Assembly (NCBI GenBank): GCA_044440125.1
Contig: JBITAJ010000012.1
Location: 64,001 to 128,000 of the forward strand
Origin: Sedimentisphaeraceae bacterium JB056
Lineage (GTDB): Bacteria > Planctomycetota > Phycisphaerae > Sedimentisphaerales > Sedimentisphaeraceae
Reading direction: 5' to 3'
DNA: 64,000 bases
The notes under the pieces were generated by a model. It was not told the DNA's origin. It saw only the letters and a program-made list of their open reading frames with translations, and did no database searches. Of this stretch, positions 48,735-60,844 are shown piece after piece. The translations under genes were made by a program, and so were the position numbers. Each line of letters starts with the position of its first letter. Within the stretch, counting starts at the first letter, position 1.

Positions 48735-48941
48735 TCATTTATCTTCTGGAAGTTCGTAAGATATCTTGTCTTCAAGTATCTCTTGAACAACTATTTCCAT
48801 AAGTGTTTTGTTTTTTGTATCTTCGATCAACGGCCTTGAACCGTTCATGATCTCTTTCATACGTTTCTGTATGAGTACTGACAGTTTGAAACTGCCGCCG
48901 ACTTTGTCCATAAGGTTTTCGTGCTTAAGAGCTTCTATCAT
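48735..48941 (-). CDS. rpoZ: RNA polymerase omega subunit
   Basis: [19 protein letters not shown]; position after gmk. Confidence 0.85.
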   Translation of the reverse strand: MIEALKHENLMDKVGGSFKLSVLIQKRMKEIMNGSRPLIEDTKNKTLMEIVVQEILEDKISYELPEDK

Positions 48942-49023
48942 TTTTCTCTCCTTTGTTTTATAGCGAGAAGTAAGAAGTGAGAAGTTTGGCTTCTCTTATC
49001 ATATTTTATTGTATATTTTTATA

Positions 49024-49602
49024 TCAACAAGCATTTTTGCCTGTATCTACCGTTTTTATTATTTCAATGACATTATTAACCGCATCCTCGAGTTTATCAT
49101 TTACGACGAAATGCGTGTAATGTTCTTTTCCTATTTCAATCTCTTTTTGAGCTTTGGCAAGTCTCACCTTTATTGTGTCTTCGGTATCTCTGCCGCGTCC
49201 CCTGATTCTTTGTTCAAGCTGCTGCATATCAGGCGGCAAAATAAAAATCATTACGGCATCAGGATATTTATCCTTTACCTGAAGCCCGCCCTGAACATCT
49301 ATTTCAAGTATTACAGGTTTGCCCTGCTCAAGCATCTGGTCCGTTTTGTCTTTTCTTGTGCCGTAAAGGTTGCCGAAAACATCCGCATATTCGAGGAACT
49401 GGCCTTTTTCAACCATCTCTTCAAACTCACAACGATCCATGAACCAGTAATTAACGCCGTTCTGTTCGCCTTTACCGGGCTGTCTGGTAGTTGCCGAGAT
49501 ACTAAGCTGTAAATCGTACTGCTTCACAACCTGGGAAACAATTGTTCCTTTTCCGACACCGCTGGGGCCGCTCAAAACTATTAATCTGCCTTTATTCGAC
49601 AT
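49024..49602 (-). CDS. gmk: Guanylate kinase
   Basis: SGPSGVGKGT, SATTR, YGT, LEIDVQG. Confidence 0.96.
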   Translation of the reverse strand: MSNKGRLIVLSGPSGVGKGTIVSQVVKQYDLQLSISATTRQPGKGEQNGVNYWFMDRCEFEEMVEKGQFLEYADVFGNLYGTRKDKTDQMLEQGKPVILEIDVQGGLQVKDKYPDAVMIFILPPDMQQLEQRIRGRGRDTEDTIKVRLAKAQKEIEIGKEHYTHFVVNDKLEDAVNNVIEIIKTVDTGKNAC

Positions 49603-50473
49603 TCTGAACCTGTTCTTTGATTCTGTCAACAGAGCACTTCATGTCAACTACCCATTGGCATATCTGTGAATCAGAAGCTTTGCTGCCTATTGTGTTTACC
49701 TCTCTGAACATTTCCTGACAGAGAAAATCGAGTCGTCTTCCAACACTCTGATTGCTGTTCGCTTCTTTATCGAACAGGTTCAGATGCGAGCGAAGACGGG
49801 CTATTTCCTCAGAAATATCACAACGGTCGGCAAATACGGCTACCTCTCTTATCAGCATTTGCTCATCAAGTGTGAGTTTTGCCGATTTAAGCAAGTCGTT
49901 AACCCGCTTTTCGAGTTTTTCCCTGTATTCATTCACAACTACAGGGGCTTTTTCCGATATCTTTTCAAGCACATTCGCGATATTGCCGCAATGCGAGAGC
50001 AAATCGGCGGTCAGTTCTTCACCTTCAGCCTTTCGCATGTTCTTGAGATTTTCAATGGCATCGGCTGCTACTTTACAGACGGCCTTTTCAATTTCTTTTT
50101 GCTGCTGTTCATCGGGCTCGTAAGGTTCGACTACGCCCGGGTAGTTCAACAGGCTCGAGGCGTTTATAGTGCAGTTCTGGCAATCTTCTATAGAACTGTT
50201 GAGCTGTTCAACATAAAACTTTATTATCTCGGTGTTTATGTTTATAAGCGGCTTTTCTGACGTACTCTTCATCTGGAGCGTGAAATATACGGTACCTCTT
50301 GTAAGGTTTTCACGTATCATCTTCTCGATTTTCTCTTCAAGAAAAGTTACGTTATCAGGCAGCTTCAGTGTTGATTTGAGGAATTTGTTATTTACGGTTC
50401 TTATCTGAGCCGAATAGTATAAACCCTCGTCCTGATATACCGCTTCCCCATAACCTGTCATGCTTTGTAACAT
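49592..50473 (-). CDS. YicC/YloC family endoribonuclease
   Basis: SMTGYG, DISEEIARL, GRRLDFLCQEMFREVNTIGSK, EQVQNVE. Confidence 0.95.
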   Translation of the reverse strand: MLQSMTGYGEAVYQDEGLYYSAQIRTVNNKFLKSTLKLPDNVTFLEEKIEKMIRENLTRGTVYFTLQMKSTSEKPLININTEIIKFYVEQLNSSIEDCQNCTINASSLLNYPGVVEPYEPDEQQQKEIEKAVCKVAADAIENLKNMRKAEGEELTADLLSHCGNIANVLEKISEKAPVVVNEYREKLEKRVNDLLKSAKLTLDEQMLIREVAVFADRCDISEEIARLRSHLNLFDKEANSNQSVGRRLDFLCQEMFREVNTIGSKASDSQICQWVVDMKCSVDRIKEQVQNVE

Positions 50474-50641
50474 ATTTACATCCCACTCATGAACCCAATA
50501 TTAAGCACACTATAATGCCGTTCATTTGCTATAATTTAAACCGTATGACAGGACACACAACACCCTTTACCGTTATTTTGCGGTAAAACAGGCTGTTGCG
50601 AGTCCTGCCTTTATATTGTCAAACTATTTTACGGAAACGGA

Positions 50642-51124
50642 TTATTCCGTATCAGCTGCTTTTTCTGCTTCTTCGGCAGTTTCTTGAGCAGCGGCTTCAG
50701 CTTCCTGTGCCTTAACTTCGACAGTTTGCTGAGCTTCCTGAGCTTCTGTAGCAGTTTCCTGCTCAACAGCGGCGGCTTCTTCCTCAATCGTTGCTTCTGA
50801 ATCCTCAAGCAGACTGCTTGTGTCAACAGCTGAGATATCAACGTCATCCTGAAGTCCTTCAAGAGCTACCGGCTTGTAGAATTTAGCCATTATTACTCCA
50901 ACGAAAAGGAATATAACGGTAAGTCCGATAGTTATCCATGTCAGGAAGTCTCCTGTTTTTGTACCAAGAAGGCTGTTAGAACCCGCACCGCCAAATGCAG
51001 CACCAAGACCGCCGCCTTTACCCTTTTGGATAAGGATAAGAAGAATCAGCAATGCTGCGGCAATAAACCATATAAAGCCGACAAGCATCATAATGAAAGG
51101 TACTTTAGCAAGTAAAAAAGTCAT
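50642..51124 (-). CDS. secG: Preprotein translocase SecG with acidic tail
   Basis: LIQKGKGGGLGAAFGGAG between TM helices; follows tpiA. Confidence 0.9.
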   Translation of the reverse strand: MTFLLAKVPFIMMLVGFIWFIAAALLILLILIQKGKGGGLGAAFGGAGSNSLLGTKTGDFLTWITIGLTVIFLFVGVIMAKFYKPVALEGLQDDVDISAVDTSSLLEDSEATIEEEAAAVEQETATEAQEAQQTVEVKAQEAEAAAQETAEEAEKAADTE

Positions 51125-51175
51125 ACTTAAGTTATCCTGAATTAAATATTTACCACAATTAGTCTAACAAGGTCC

Positions 51176-51946
51176 TTACGCATAGACCTCGGCTGTTATT
51201 TTGATCATTTCTGAGAAGCTCTCAACCTTGAGTCCGGCACCGCCTACAAGCAGGCCGTCAACGTCAGGGCAGCTCATGAGTTCTTTTGTGTTCTCAGGTT
51301 TTGCAGAACCACCGTACTGGATTACGATGCTGTCAGCTGTTTGCTGGTCATATATGTCAGCAAGGATGCCGCGAACGAACGCGTGTACTTCCTGTGCCTG
51401 CTGAGAAGTTGCAGTCTTACCTGTTCCAATTGCCCATACCGGCTCATAAGCAACAGTTACCTTCAAAGCGTCTTCCTTAGAGATGCCTTCGAAGCCTTTT
51501 CTTACCTGAGCTTCGCAAACGTCATTTGTTTTTCCAGACTCTCTCTCTTCGAGAAGTTCACCAATGCAGAATATAGGAAGAAGTCCTGCTTCAAGAGTTG
51601 CACGTGTCTTCTTGTTTATAAGCTCATCGCTTTCACCGATAACGTGTCTTCTTTCAGAGTGGCCTGTGATTACATACTGGCAGCATATGTCTTTGAGCAT
51701 ATCGCAGCTTATCTCACCTGTGAAAGCACCATTGCCTTCAAAGTAAACATCCTGAGAACCTACAGCAACATTACCTTCATGTGAAAGATTTGAAGCTACT
51801 GACTGAAGATAAACGAAAGGCGGGCAAACCGCTACGCTAACGTTGTCAATGCCGGCAATTGCTTTCTCAAGACCGGTTGCAAGCTCTACCGCGTATTTAC
51901 TGTCGGTATTCATCTTCCAGTTGGCTGCTATAAATGGTTTTCTCAT
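51176..51946 (-). CDS. tpiA: Triosephosphate isomerase
   Basis: NWKMN, GHSERR, AYEPVWAIGTG, YGGS, LVGGA. Confidence 0.98.
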   Translation of the reverse strand: MRKPFIAANWKMNTDSKYAVELATGLEKAIAGIDNVSVAVCPPFVYLQSVASNLSHEGNVAVGSQDVYFEGNGAFTGEISCDMLKDICCQYVITGHSERRHVIGESDELINKKTRATLEAGLLPIFCIGELLEERESGKTNDVCEAQVRKGFEGISKEDALKVTVAYEPVWAIGTGKTATSQQAQEVHAFVRGILADIYDQQTADSIVIQYGGSAKPENTKELMSCPDVDGLLVGGAGLKVESFSEMIKITAEVYA

Positions 51947-51981
51947 AGTTATAAACTCCTGTGTAAGTCGTTAAAATTCAA

Positions 51982-53073
51982 TTATTTATTTTTCGTTTTA
52001 TCAAAGGACTGAAACTTGGGATAGCTTCCAAGTATCGAGACCTGAAGTGTTTTATCTCTAAGCTTTGCTACGGCTTTCTTGATAGATTCGTCGGTTCTAT
52101 GTCCTGCAAGTTCTACAAAGAAATGGTATTCCCATGTCCTTGTACTGTTTGGACGAGATTCTATTCTTGTGAGGTTTATATCATATTTGTCAAATATGCT
52201 TAGTACCTCAAACAGTGAACCTGGTTTATGAGCCGTTGTAAACATAAGCATTGTCTTGTCGTCACCGGTTCTTGGCGTATCCTTCTTTGACAGGATCAGG
52301 AAACGAGTGGTATTGCTTACATTATCTTCAATATTTTCACATATTATATTGAGGCCGTAAAGTTTTCCGGCCAGATTCGATCCGATAGCTGCGGCATTTG
52401 ATGAGCCGGAGGCCAACTGTGCAGCCTGCGCGGTACTTGCTTCAGCGATCGTTTTATCCTGATTGCCGGTTTCAGCCAGCCACTTACGGCACTGAGCAAA
52501 AACTTCCGGCTTGGAGTATATCTTTTCGATATCACCTAAACTGCAATTAGCAAGCAGGTTATGGTGTATGGCCATTTCCATTTCCGCACATATCATCAAT
52601 TTTGTGCCGATAAGGGCATCGAGTGTCTCAACTATTCCGCCGCCGGTGGAATTTTCGATTGGTACAACACCGAAATCGCACTGATCGCGAGCAACTTCAT
52701 CAAAGACGCCTTGAATGTCCGTTATCGGATTATATTCTACGCTTTGACCGAATTTCATCATCGCCGCCTGATGAGAATAACTGCCGCGAGGCCCTAAAAA
52801 TCCTATGCGGAGCGGGCGCTCAAGGAAGAATGAGCCGCTCATCAGTTCACGCCAAACGGAAAGCAATGTTTTGTCTGGCAGGGGGCCTTCGTTCAGGCCG
52901 CATATCTTTTCAAGTACCGCCTTTTCCCTGTCCGGGGCATATATAGGTGCAGCGCCTGTACGTTTCTTATATTTGCCGACTTCGACAACTACGCGCGCAC
53001 GCTCATTTAGCAACTTTACAAGTTGCTGGTCTATTGAATCTATCTGTTTTCGTAGTTCTTCTAAAGACGGCAT
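51982..53073 (-). CDS. pheA: Chorismate mutase / prephenate dehydratase
   Basis: LRKQIDSID, VPIENSTGG, NTTRF, ACT domain LTRIESRP. Confidence 0.96.
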   Translation of the reverse strand: MPSLEELRKQIDSIDQQLVKLLNERARVVVEVGKYKKRTGAAPIYAPDREKAVLEKICGLNEGPLPDKTLLSVWRELMSGSFFLERPLRIGFLGPRGSYSHQAAMMKFGQSVEYNPITDIQGVFDEVARDQCDFGVVPIENSTGGGIVETLDALIGTKLMICAEMEMAIHHNLLANCSLGDIEKIYSKPEVFAQCRKWLAETGNQDKTIAEASTAQAAQLASGSSNAAAIGSNLAGKLYGLNIICENIEDNVSNTTRFLILSKKDTPRTGDDKTMLMFTTAHKPGSLFEVLSIFDKYDINLTRIESRPNSTRTWEYHFFVELAGHRTDESIKKAVAKLRDKTLQVSILGSYPKFQSFDKTKNK

Positions 53074-53135
53074 TTTTATAAAATCTCAATTTTAAAATAA
53101 CTTATTCGGGCGGAAATGAAAACAAATCCCCCGCA

Positions 53136-53182
53136 CCACTACATATAGTGGTTAGTTAGAAAATTTATACTAATTATAGCAT
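53136..53182. promoter_or_regulatory. Tandem NrdR-box-like sites
   Basis: CCACTACATATAGTGG (53136-53151) and weaker ATACTAATTATAGCAT (53167-53182), 31 bp apart. Confidence 0.6.
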
Positions 53183-53461
53183 CAAAGGCAAAGTCGCGCG
53201 CAACTTACCCTTGAAAATCAGCTATTTATAACAAAAACAGGGTGTTAGGTCAATAAAATAAACGTTCAAATCATTTATTTACTCGCCAATCATCTTTAAT
53301 TTTAATTTTTGTCTTATCACGGCAGGCTCCGGTAAGCTTGTTTCGGCCGATGGTTCTATGACAAATATATTGCAAGGCTGACTGAAAGCTGGTAATATTA
53401 TCAATGGCAGAGGGATGATTTTCGGTTGTGAGTATTAAATTATATTAAGGCAAAGGGTGTT

Positions 53462-53899
53462 ATGGATAACGATGGTTCTAAAGATCTTGAGTTGCTTTCC
53501 ATCTTTCATTATATACTGGGCGGCTTTATCGCATTGTGTTCATTTTTTCCACTTATCCACCTTTTTATAGGACTAATGCTGCTTCGAGGAGATTTTGCCG
53601 AAGCAGAGGGGGATATGCCGCCGGCTTTTATCGGCTGGTTTTTCGTGGCAATGGCGGTTTTATTGATAACAAGCGGTCTTTTGTTGGCTCTTTGTATAAT
53701 AATAACGGGCAGCAAACTGAAAAAAAGAAGAAGCTGGCTGTTCTGCATTATAATAGCAGCAATAGAATGCTCAATTATTCCTTTCGGAATAATTGTCGGT
53801 GTTTTTACCATAGTGGTACTCAACAGAGATTATGTAAAAGCGAGTTTTTATTCTCGCAGCGATCCATCTTTAAATGGTGAAGATCTGCAAGGGGGCTGA
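53462..53899 (+). CDS. Hypothetical membrane protein
   Basis: 145 aa, several TM segments. Confidence 0.75.
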   Translation: MDNDGSKDLELLSIFHYILGGFIALCSFFPLIHLFIGLMLLRGDFAEAEGDMPPAFIGWFFVAMAVLLITSGLLLALCIIITGSKLKKRRSWLFCIIIAAIECSIIPFGIIVGVFTIVVLNRDYVKASFYSRSDPSLNGEDLQGG

Positions 53900-54021
53900 T
53901 ATTTACCAGTTGTAAACATAAATACCTGTAAATAAATGATATAAAAAGGTCTGTCTCCCCTTGATTCTCTATTATTTCTACAAAAACTTGTTTTTGTCGA
54001 TTTGGAAGGTATATTATTCTT

Positions 54022-54432
54022 ATGGATATTCACCTAATGAAAAAGAAACTTACGGATGCGGCGATTTTACGGCTGGTTGGGATTTTTTATCTTGTGGGTC
54101 TGCCGTTCAATTTTATATGTTTGGCAAAGCATTTCTGCATGGCGGGGCATTTTCAGCATCCGCCTTATTCTGTGTGGAGTTATGTGAACGATATCTTCTG
54201 GACGACAATGTTTGCCCTATGTACAGTTATATCTTTATGGGCCGTTCTTCGAGGGGCAAGATGGCTGGGAGCGATGTGTTTTGTTTGTATACTTTTGCGA
54301 TTTTATGCGAGAGGCGAAGAGTTATTGCTTCCTGCAGTGATATATTTTGTCTGGATGTCGTTTAAGTATGTATTTGTGCCTCAAAAGGTTTTGGCTAAAA
54401 AGAAGTCGAAGAGTGAGAAGTGCGTTAAGTGA
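54022..54432 (+). CDS. Hypothetical membrane protein
   Basis: 136 aa, hydrophobic; GGAAGG RBS. Confidence 0.6.
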   Translation: MDIHLMKKKLTDAAILRLVGIFYLVGLPFNFICLAKHFCMAGHFQHPPYSVWSYVNDIFWTTMFALCTVISLWAVLRGARWLGAMCFVCILLRFYARGEELLLPAVIYFVWMSFKYVFVPQKVLAKKKSKSEKCVK

Positions 54433-54542
54433 AACTTTGAGAGTTAAAATTCTCGGTTTTGGCTAAAATGTCCATTTATAACTTATTTATAACAAACGTT
54501 AAGTCTCCGAGTATCTGGCTTTCATAGTTTCTTAATTATACT

Positions 54543-55256
54543 ATGATTGTTAAACTTAAAAAATTCAAGAATTTGAAGAAAACTCAATATGGTTGGTCTC
54601 TGTCTAAAAAACCTGATAGGTTACATTATGTGCTTGGTATATCAGATGATAGTTATCGGATAATTAATGATATGCGAGAACCGATTATTTATCCAATGCG
54701 GATGTTCGATATAGTTGACAATACTATACCGAAAAATTGGAAAAGAAGATATGGTGAAGACAAAGAGCTTTATACGGCTCCTCCTATTTTGGAACAACCA
54801 GGGTTTTATGAGGATTACTTTGATGATATATTAAAGGTTCGTAGGCAGTTCTGGGATTATTTTGATTCAAATGTTCCTCGCAATTTTTATTGTGACAAGA
54901 GTCATGTAAAACCTGGAGCAGTAACTGTAATGCTAAAAAGCAGCTGTGAGATAAAATTCCTGTCTCATAATAGATTATATTATATACTTGGTATCGAAAA
55001 TGATGAATATAGAATAATTAGTGACTTAAGAGACCCTGTCCTTGTAGATATGAATTGTTTTGATATTATTGACAATGAAATTCAAAAAGATTGGGTAACA
55101 GTATTTTATACAAAAAAAACTTGCACATATCCAAAATGTATAATTGAAGAAAAGACTATTGAGAACTATAATCATCTGATGCAATCACTTGAAAATTTTT
55201 GGAACTATATTGATTCAAATCCTAAGATACCATTTTGGGGATTTGTAGATATATAA
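54543..55256 (+). CDS. Hypothetical protein with an internal domain duplication
   Basis: RLHYVLGISDDSYRIINDMREP..FDIVDN vs RLYYILGIENDEYRIISDLRDP..FDIIDN. Confidence 0.75.
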   Translation: MIVKLKKFKNLKKTQYGWSLSKKPDRLHYVLGISDDSYRIINDMREPIIYPMRMFDIVDNTIPKNWKRRYGEDKELYTAPPILEQPGFYEDYFDDILKVRRQFWDYFDSNVPRNFYCDKSHVKPGAVTVMLKSSCEIKFLSHNRLYYILGIENDEYRIISDLRDPVLVDMNCFDIIDNEIQKDWVTVFYTKKTCTYPKCIIEEKTIENYNHLMQSLENFWNYIDSNPKIPFWGFVDI

Positions 55257-55528
55257 CTATGGACCCAATTAAGGGGTCGAGTTTCTTTTTTTGCTCTTTA
55301 GCATCTTTATTTACAATTACTTATGACTATACCATCTGTATATTAATCAAACTCATAAAACCGGCATAAGTGGCATTTTCATAATCACCATAAACTATTA
55401 TATTATCCGATGCATGGTCGTGCAAGTTGGAAATATTTATATTTGCAAAGCAGATTAAAGCAGCGGCATTCTCTTGCGATACTTTCGGCGGCAACCGTCA
55501 GTATTGCAAGCGGAAGAGAGCCGGTTCT

Positions 55529-55605
55529 ATCCTGTAAATCCTGTCATCTCGTCTGAAAATGAATTCCAAAGCGGCATTGCGCTGTCGCTTCCTGCCGCAG
55601 TCCAA
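55529..55605. repeat. Composite repeat: inverted ACAGGATTT tandem plus family B element
   Basis: ATCCTGTAAATCCTGTC followed by CCAAAGCGG-N20-CCGCAGTCC. Confidence 0.7.
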
Positions 55606-55841
55606 GCCCGTTCCCTGCCGGTCGCGATACTGTTTAACTTTGGAGCTATAGAATTCAGATGCGATTGCTCCGTAACAATCACATAAAATCTTGACTTTTC
55701 GGGCCTGTATTTATGATTATCCTTTGCAAATTGTGCGTGTTTCTGGTAAATTAACCTAATTCGTATATAAGGGGGCATTGCCGCCTTGATTTTTTAGATT
55801 TTAAAGGATTTTTAGTAATAATTGGACAGTTGAGGTCTTGA

Positions 55842-56945
55842 ATGAAGATAAGATTTAACCGTGTATCACTTCAGGAAGCATTGGGCTTTGTAGCGAGTAT
55901 TGTGCCTTCAAAGTCTCCTAAGCCTATATTGCAATGTGTTAAGATCACTGCTGATGAAAACGGCGTACGTTTAAGCAGTACCGATCTTGAGGTAGGCATA
56001 AATTTCCGCATAGTTCAAGCGGAGGTTGACCGCGGCGGGGCCATTGTAATTCCTGCGGCTAAGGTTAATGCCATTGTTCGTGAGAGCATTGACGATGTTC
56101 TTGAATTTGAAGCGGATGAGTCCGAAGTCCATATTCGCGGTAATGACAGCCATTTCAGTATTTACAGTCATATGCCTGAGCAGTATCCGGAAGTAGTGTG
56201 CGAGGATGTTGAATCTGATATAGGTATTCCGCTTGGCTTGCTTCAGGAAGGTGTTGAGCAGACGCTGTTTGCTGCGGCAAAAGAATGCTCCAAGTATGCT
56301 TTTAACGGTGTATTATGGGAAATAGATGAGAACTACCTGAATCTTGTCGGAACCGACGGCAGACGTCTTGTCCGCAAGATGGTTAGTCTTGACGCACCGA
56401 TGCCCGATAACTTCATCGGCAAAAGAGTTATTGTTCCAACTAAAACAATGACGCTTATCGATCGTATAGGTGAAGGGCCTAAAGAAGATGTAGGTGTACG
56501 CTTCTTTGATAATCACATTGTTTTGAGTTGCGGTGATGTACTTATACACTCTAACTTGATTGACGGGGTATTCCCAAGATATCAGGATATTATACCTGAG
56601 AACAATGAAAAGAAGATAATGATCAATACTGATGCGATGCTCAGTGCGGTAAGGCGTTCTTCATTGCTTGTAAGTGAGGATAGTAAGAGCATCAAAGTTG
56701 CTATTGGTAAAGGAGTTATGGTGTTCTCAGGACGTGCTCCTGAGACAGGTGATGCCCAGGTTGATATGGCAATCGAATATGATGGCCCTTCTATTGACAT
56801 CGGTTTTGATCCAAGCTATCTTATTGAAGGCCTTAAGGTCATCAAGGAAGACCAGATATGCTTTGAAGTATGCGATGGTGAGAGACCGGTTTTGATACGC
56901 GGCGGTGAGAGTTTCATGTATCTCATTATGCCGATCGAGTATTAA
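55842..56945 (+). CDS. dnaN: DNA polymerase III beta sliding clamp
   Basis: STDLE, VGTDGRRL, FPRYQDIIP, YLIMPI. Confidence 0.96.
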   Translation: MKIRFNRVSLQEALGFVASIVPSKSPKPILQCVKITADENGVRLSSTDLEVGINFRIVQAEVDRGGAIVIPAAKVNAIVRESIDDVLEFEADESEVHIRGNDSHFSIYSHMPEQYPEVVCEDVESDIGIPLGLLQEGVEQTLFAAAKECSKYAFNGVLWEIDENYLNLVGTDGRRLVRKMVSLDAPMPDNFIGKRVIVPTKTMTLIDRIGEGPKEDVGVRFFDNHIVLSCGDVLIHSNLIDGVFPRYQDIIPENNEKKIMINTDAMLSAVRRSSLLVSEDSKSIKVAIGKGVMVFSGRAPETGDAQVDMAIEYDGPSIDIGFDPSYLIEGLKVIKEDQICFEVCDGERPVLIRGGESFMYLIMPIEY

Positions 56946-56981
56946 GAGCTTAACGTCGTTATATTGTGATGATCGGATCTT

Positions 56982-57329
56982 ATGAGTATAGAAAGCGATC
57001 AGGATCGATTACTTAAGCTTGCGACACATTGGAAAACCCGTAGGCCTTACCGTTTTACGAGTGTCGGCGATGTACTTGGCAATTATGTACGCAGGAATGT
57101 TAAAGCTCCTAAAAGGCGGAGTCCTGTGGTTGATGCCTGGAATAAAGTTGTGCCGCCAATGTTTGATGAATTTTGCCGCATAGAGAGTTTCCAAAACGGC
57201 ATACTGAAAGTTGCCGTTTCTGATGCGACTTATCGTTTTCAGATGGAAATGCTTAAGGCGGAACTGATAGAATCCATAGAAGCCGAGATCAAGGGAAGAA
57301 TCAGGCTTCGGGATATTAAATTCGTATAA
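56982..57329 (+). CDS. DUF721/DciA-family protein
   Basis: AWNKVV...GILKVAVSD..LRDIKF; located between dnaN and gyrB. Confidence 0.8.
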   Translation: MSIESDQDRLLKLATHWKTRRPYRFTSVGDVLGNYVRRNVKAPKRRSPVVDAWNKVVPPMFDEFCRIESFQNGILKVAVSDATYRFQMEMLKAELIESIEAEIKGRIRLRDIKFV

Positions 57330-57411
57330 AGAATTTAATGATAGTTACTTATATATTAAAAAGACTAAAGATTATTTTGAAAATACCGGTTTGACCGGAA
57401 CAGGAAATTAA

Positions 57412-59877
<2,466 letters not shown>

Positions 59878-59975
59878 TAACGACATCATGGTCTGGTTTC
59901 AGGATTTTATGGATAGACAAAAAAGTATATGGATGTACACAGCTTCGGCTGAATTAAATTAAGAATAACTCTGTA

Positions 59976-60689
59976 ATGGAGGAAACAATGAAAAAAATAT
60001 CTTGCATAATAACTTTGGCTTTGATTGTTACGATGATAGGTGGGTGTTCATTATTTAAGAAAGATGAAGACAAAGTTTTGAATCAAAAGCTTGAAAAGAC
60101 ACCTGAACAGCAGAGACTTTCCAAAATTGAGAGTCGATTGGCGAACAATTTTGAAGATTCTGATGCTCATTACCAGCTTGGTAAGATATATACATTTGAC
60201 AGGCTTTACTCCAAAGCTGAGTATGAATTCAGTCTTGCTATAGGTTTTGACCCGCTGAACAGGGATGCTCAGGCGGCTCATGTGAAAATTTACAAGCTTA
60301 TGGGTAATGAGCAGAAATCTTCACAGCTTGCCGAAATATATATGAGGCAGGTAAATTCAAGGGCAGAAGATGCTCTTTTGCTTGGAAGAGGTTTCCAGAA
60401 TGAAGGGCTTGACGATTACGCTATTGCCTGTTACGAGAAGGCATTGACTCTTGCTCCGAATTCTGCAGTACTAAATAAGCAGATTGGTTATTACTACCTT
60501 AATAAAGGTGATAAAACAAGGGCTGAAAGTTATCTTACAAGAAGTATTCAGCTGGACCCATATCAAGCGGATGTTGCCGGTGAACTTGGCAAGATGGGTG
60601 TAAAGGTTGAGGTTCCTCGTAAGCAAAGCAGCGGACTTTCTCTTGATAATCTGTTTAAGAAAAAAGAGAAAGAGGCTGAAGCGAAATAG
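59976..60689 (+). CDS. TPR lipoprotein
   Basis: Lipobox IGGC and TPR repeats. Confidence 0.8.
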   Translation: MEETMKKISCIITLALIVTMIGGCSLFKKDEDKVLNQKLEKTPEQQRLSKIESRLANNFEDSDAHYQLGKIYTFDRLYSKAEYEFSLAIGFDPLNRDAQAAHVKIYKLMGNEQKSSQLAEIYMRQVNSRAEDALLLGRGFQNEGLDDYAIACYEKALTLAPNSAVLNKQIGYYYLNKGDKTRAESYLTRSIQLDPYQADVAGELGKMGVKVEVPRKQSSGLSLDNLFKKKEKEAEAK

Positions 60690-60844
60690 TTTTTTTGTGT
60701 TGGTATTATCCGATATTGATCGTTGCAGGGTGGCTTTATTAGTCACCCTTAATTACGAAAGGGCAGGAAGCCCATGATCGTTGCCGCTGTTTCCAACTGA
60801 TATAAAAATTGAAGACAGGCATCGGATTATTAAAAGGGATTGCT

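Noticed and set aside
55257..55841. Possible oriC upstream of dnaN
   Set aside because: AT-rich, but I found no cluster of TTATCCACA-like DnaA boxes and no dnaA
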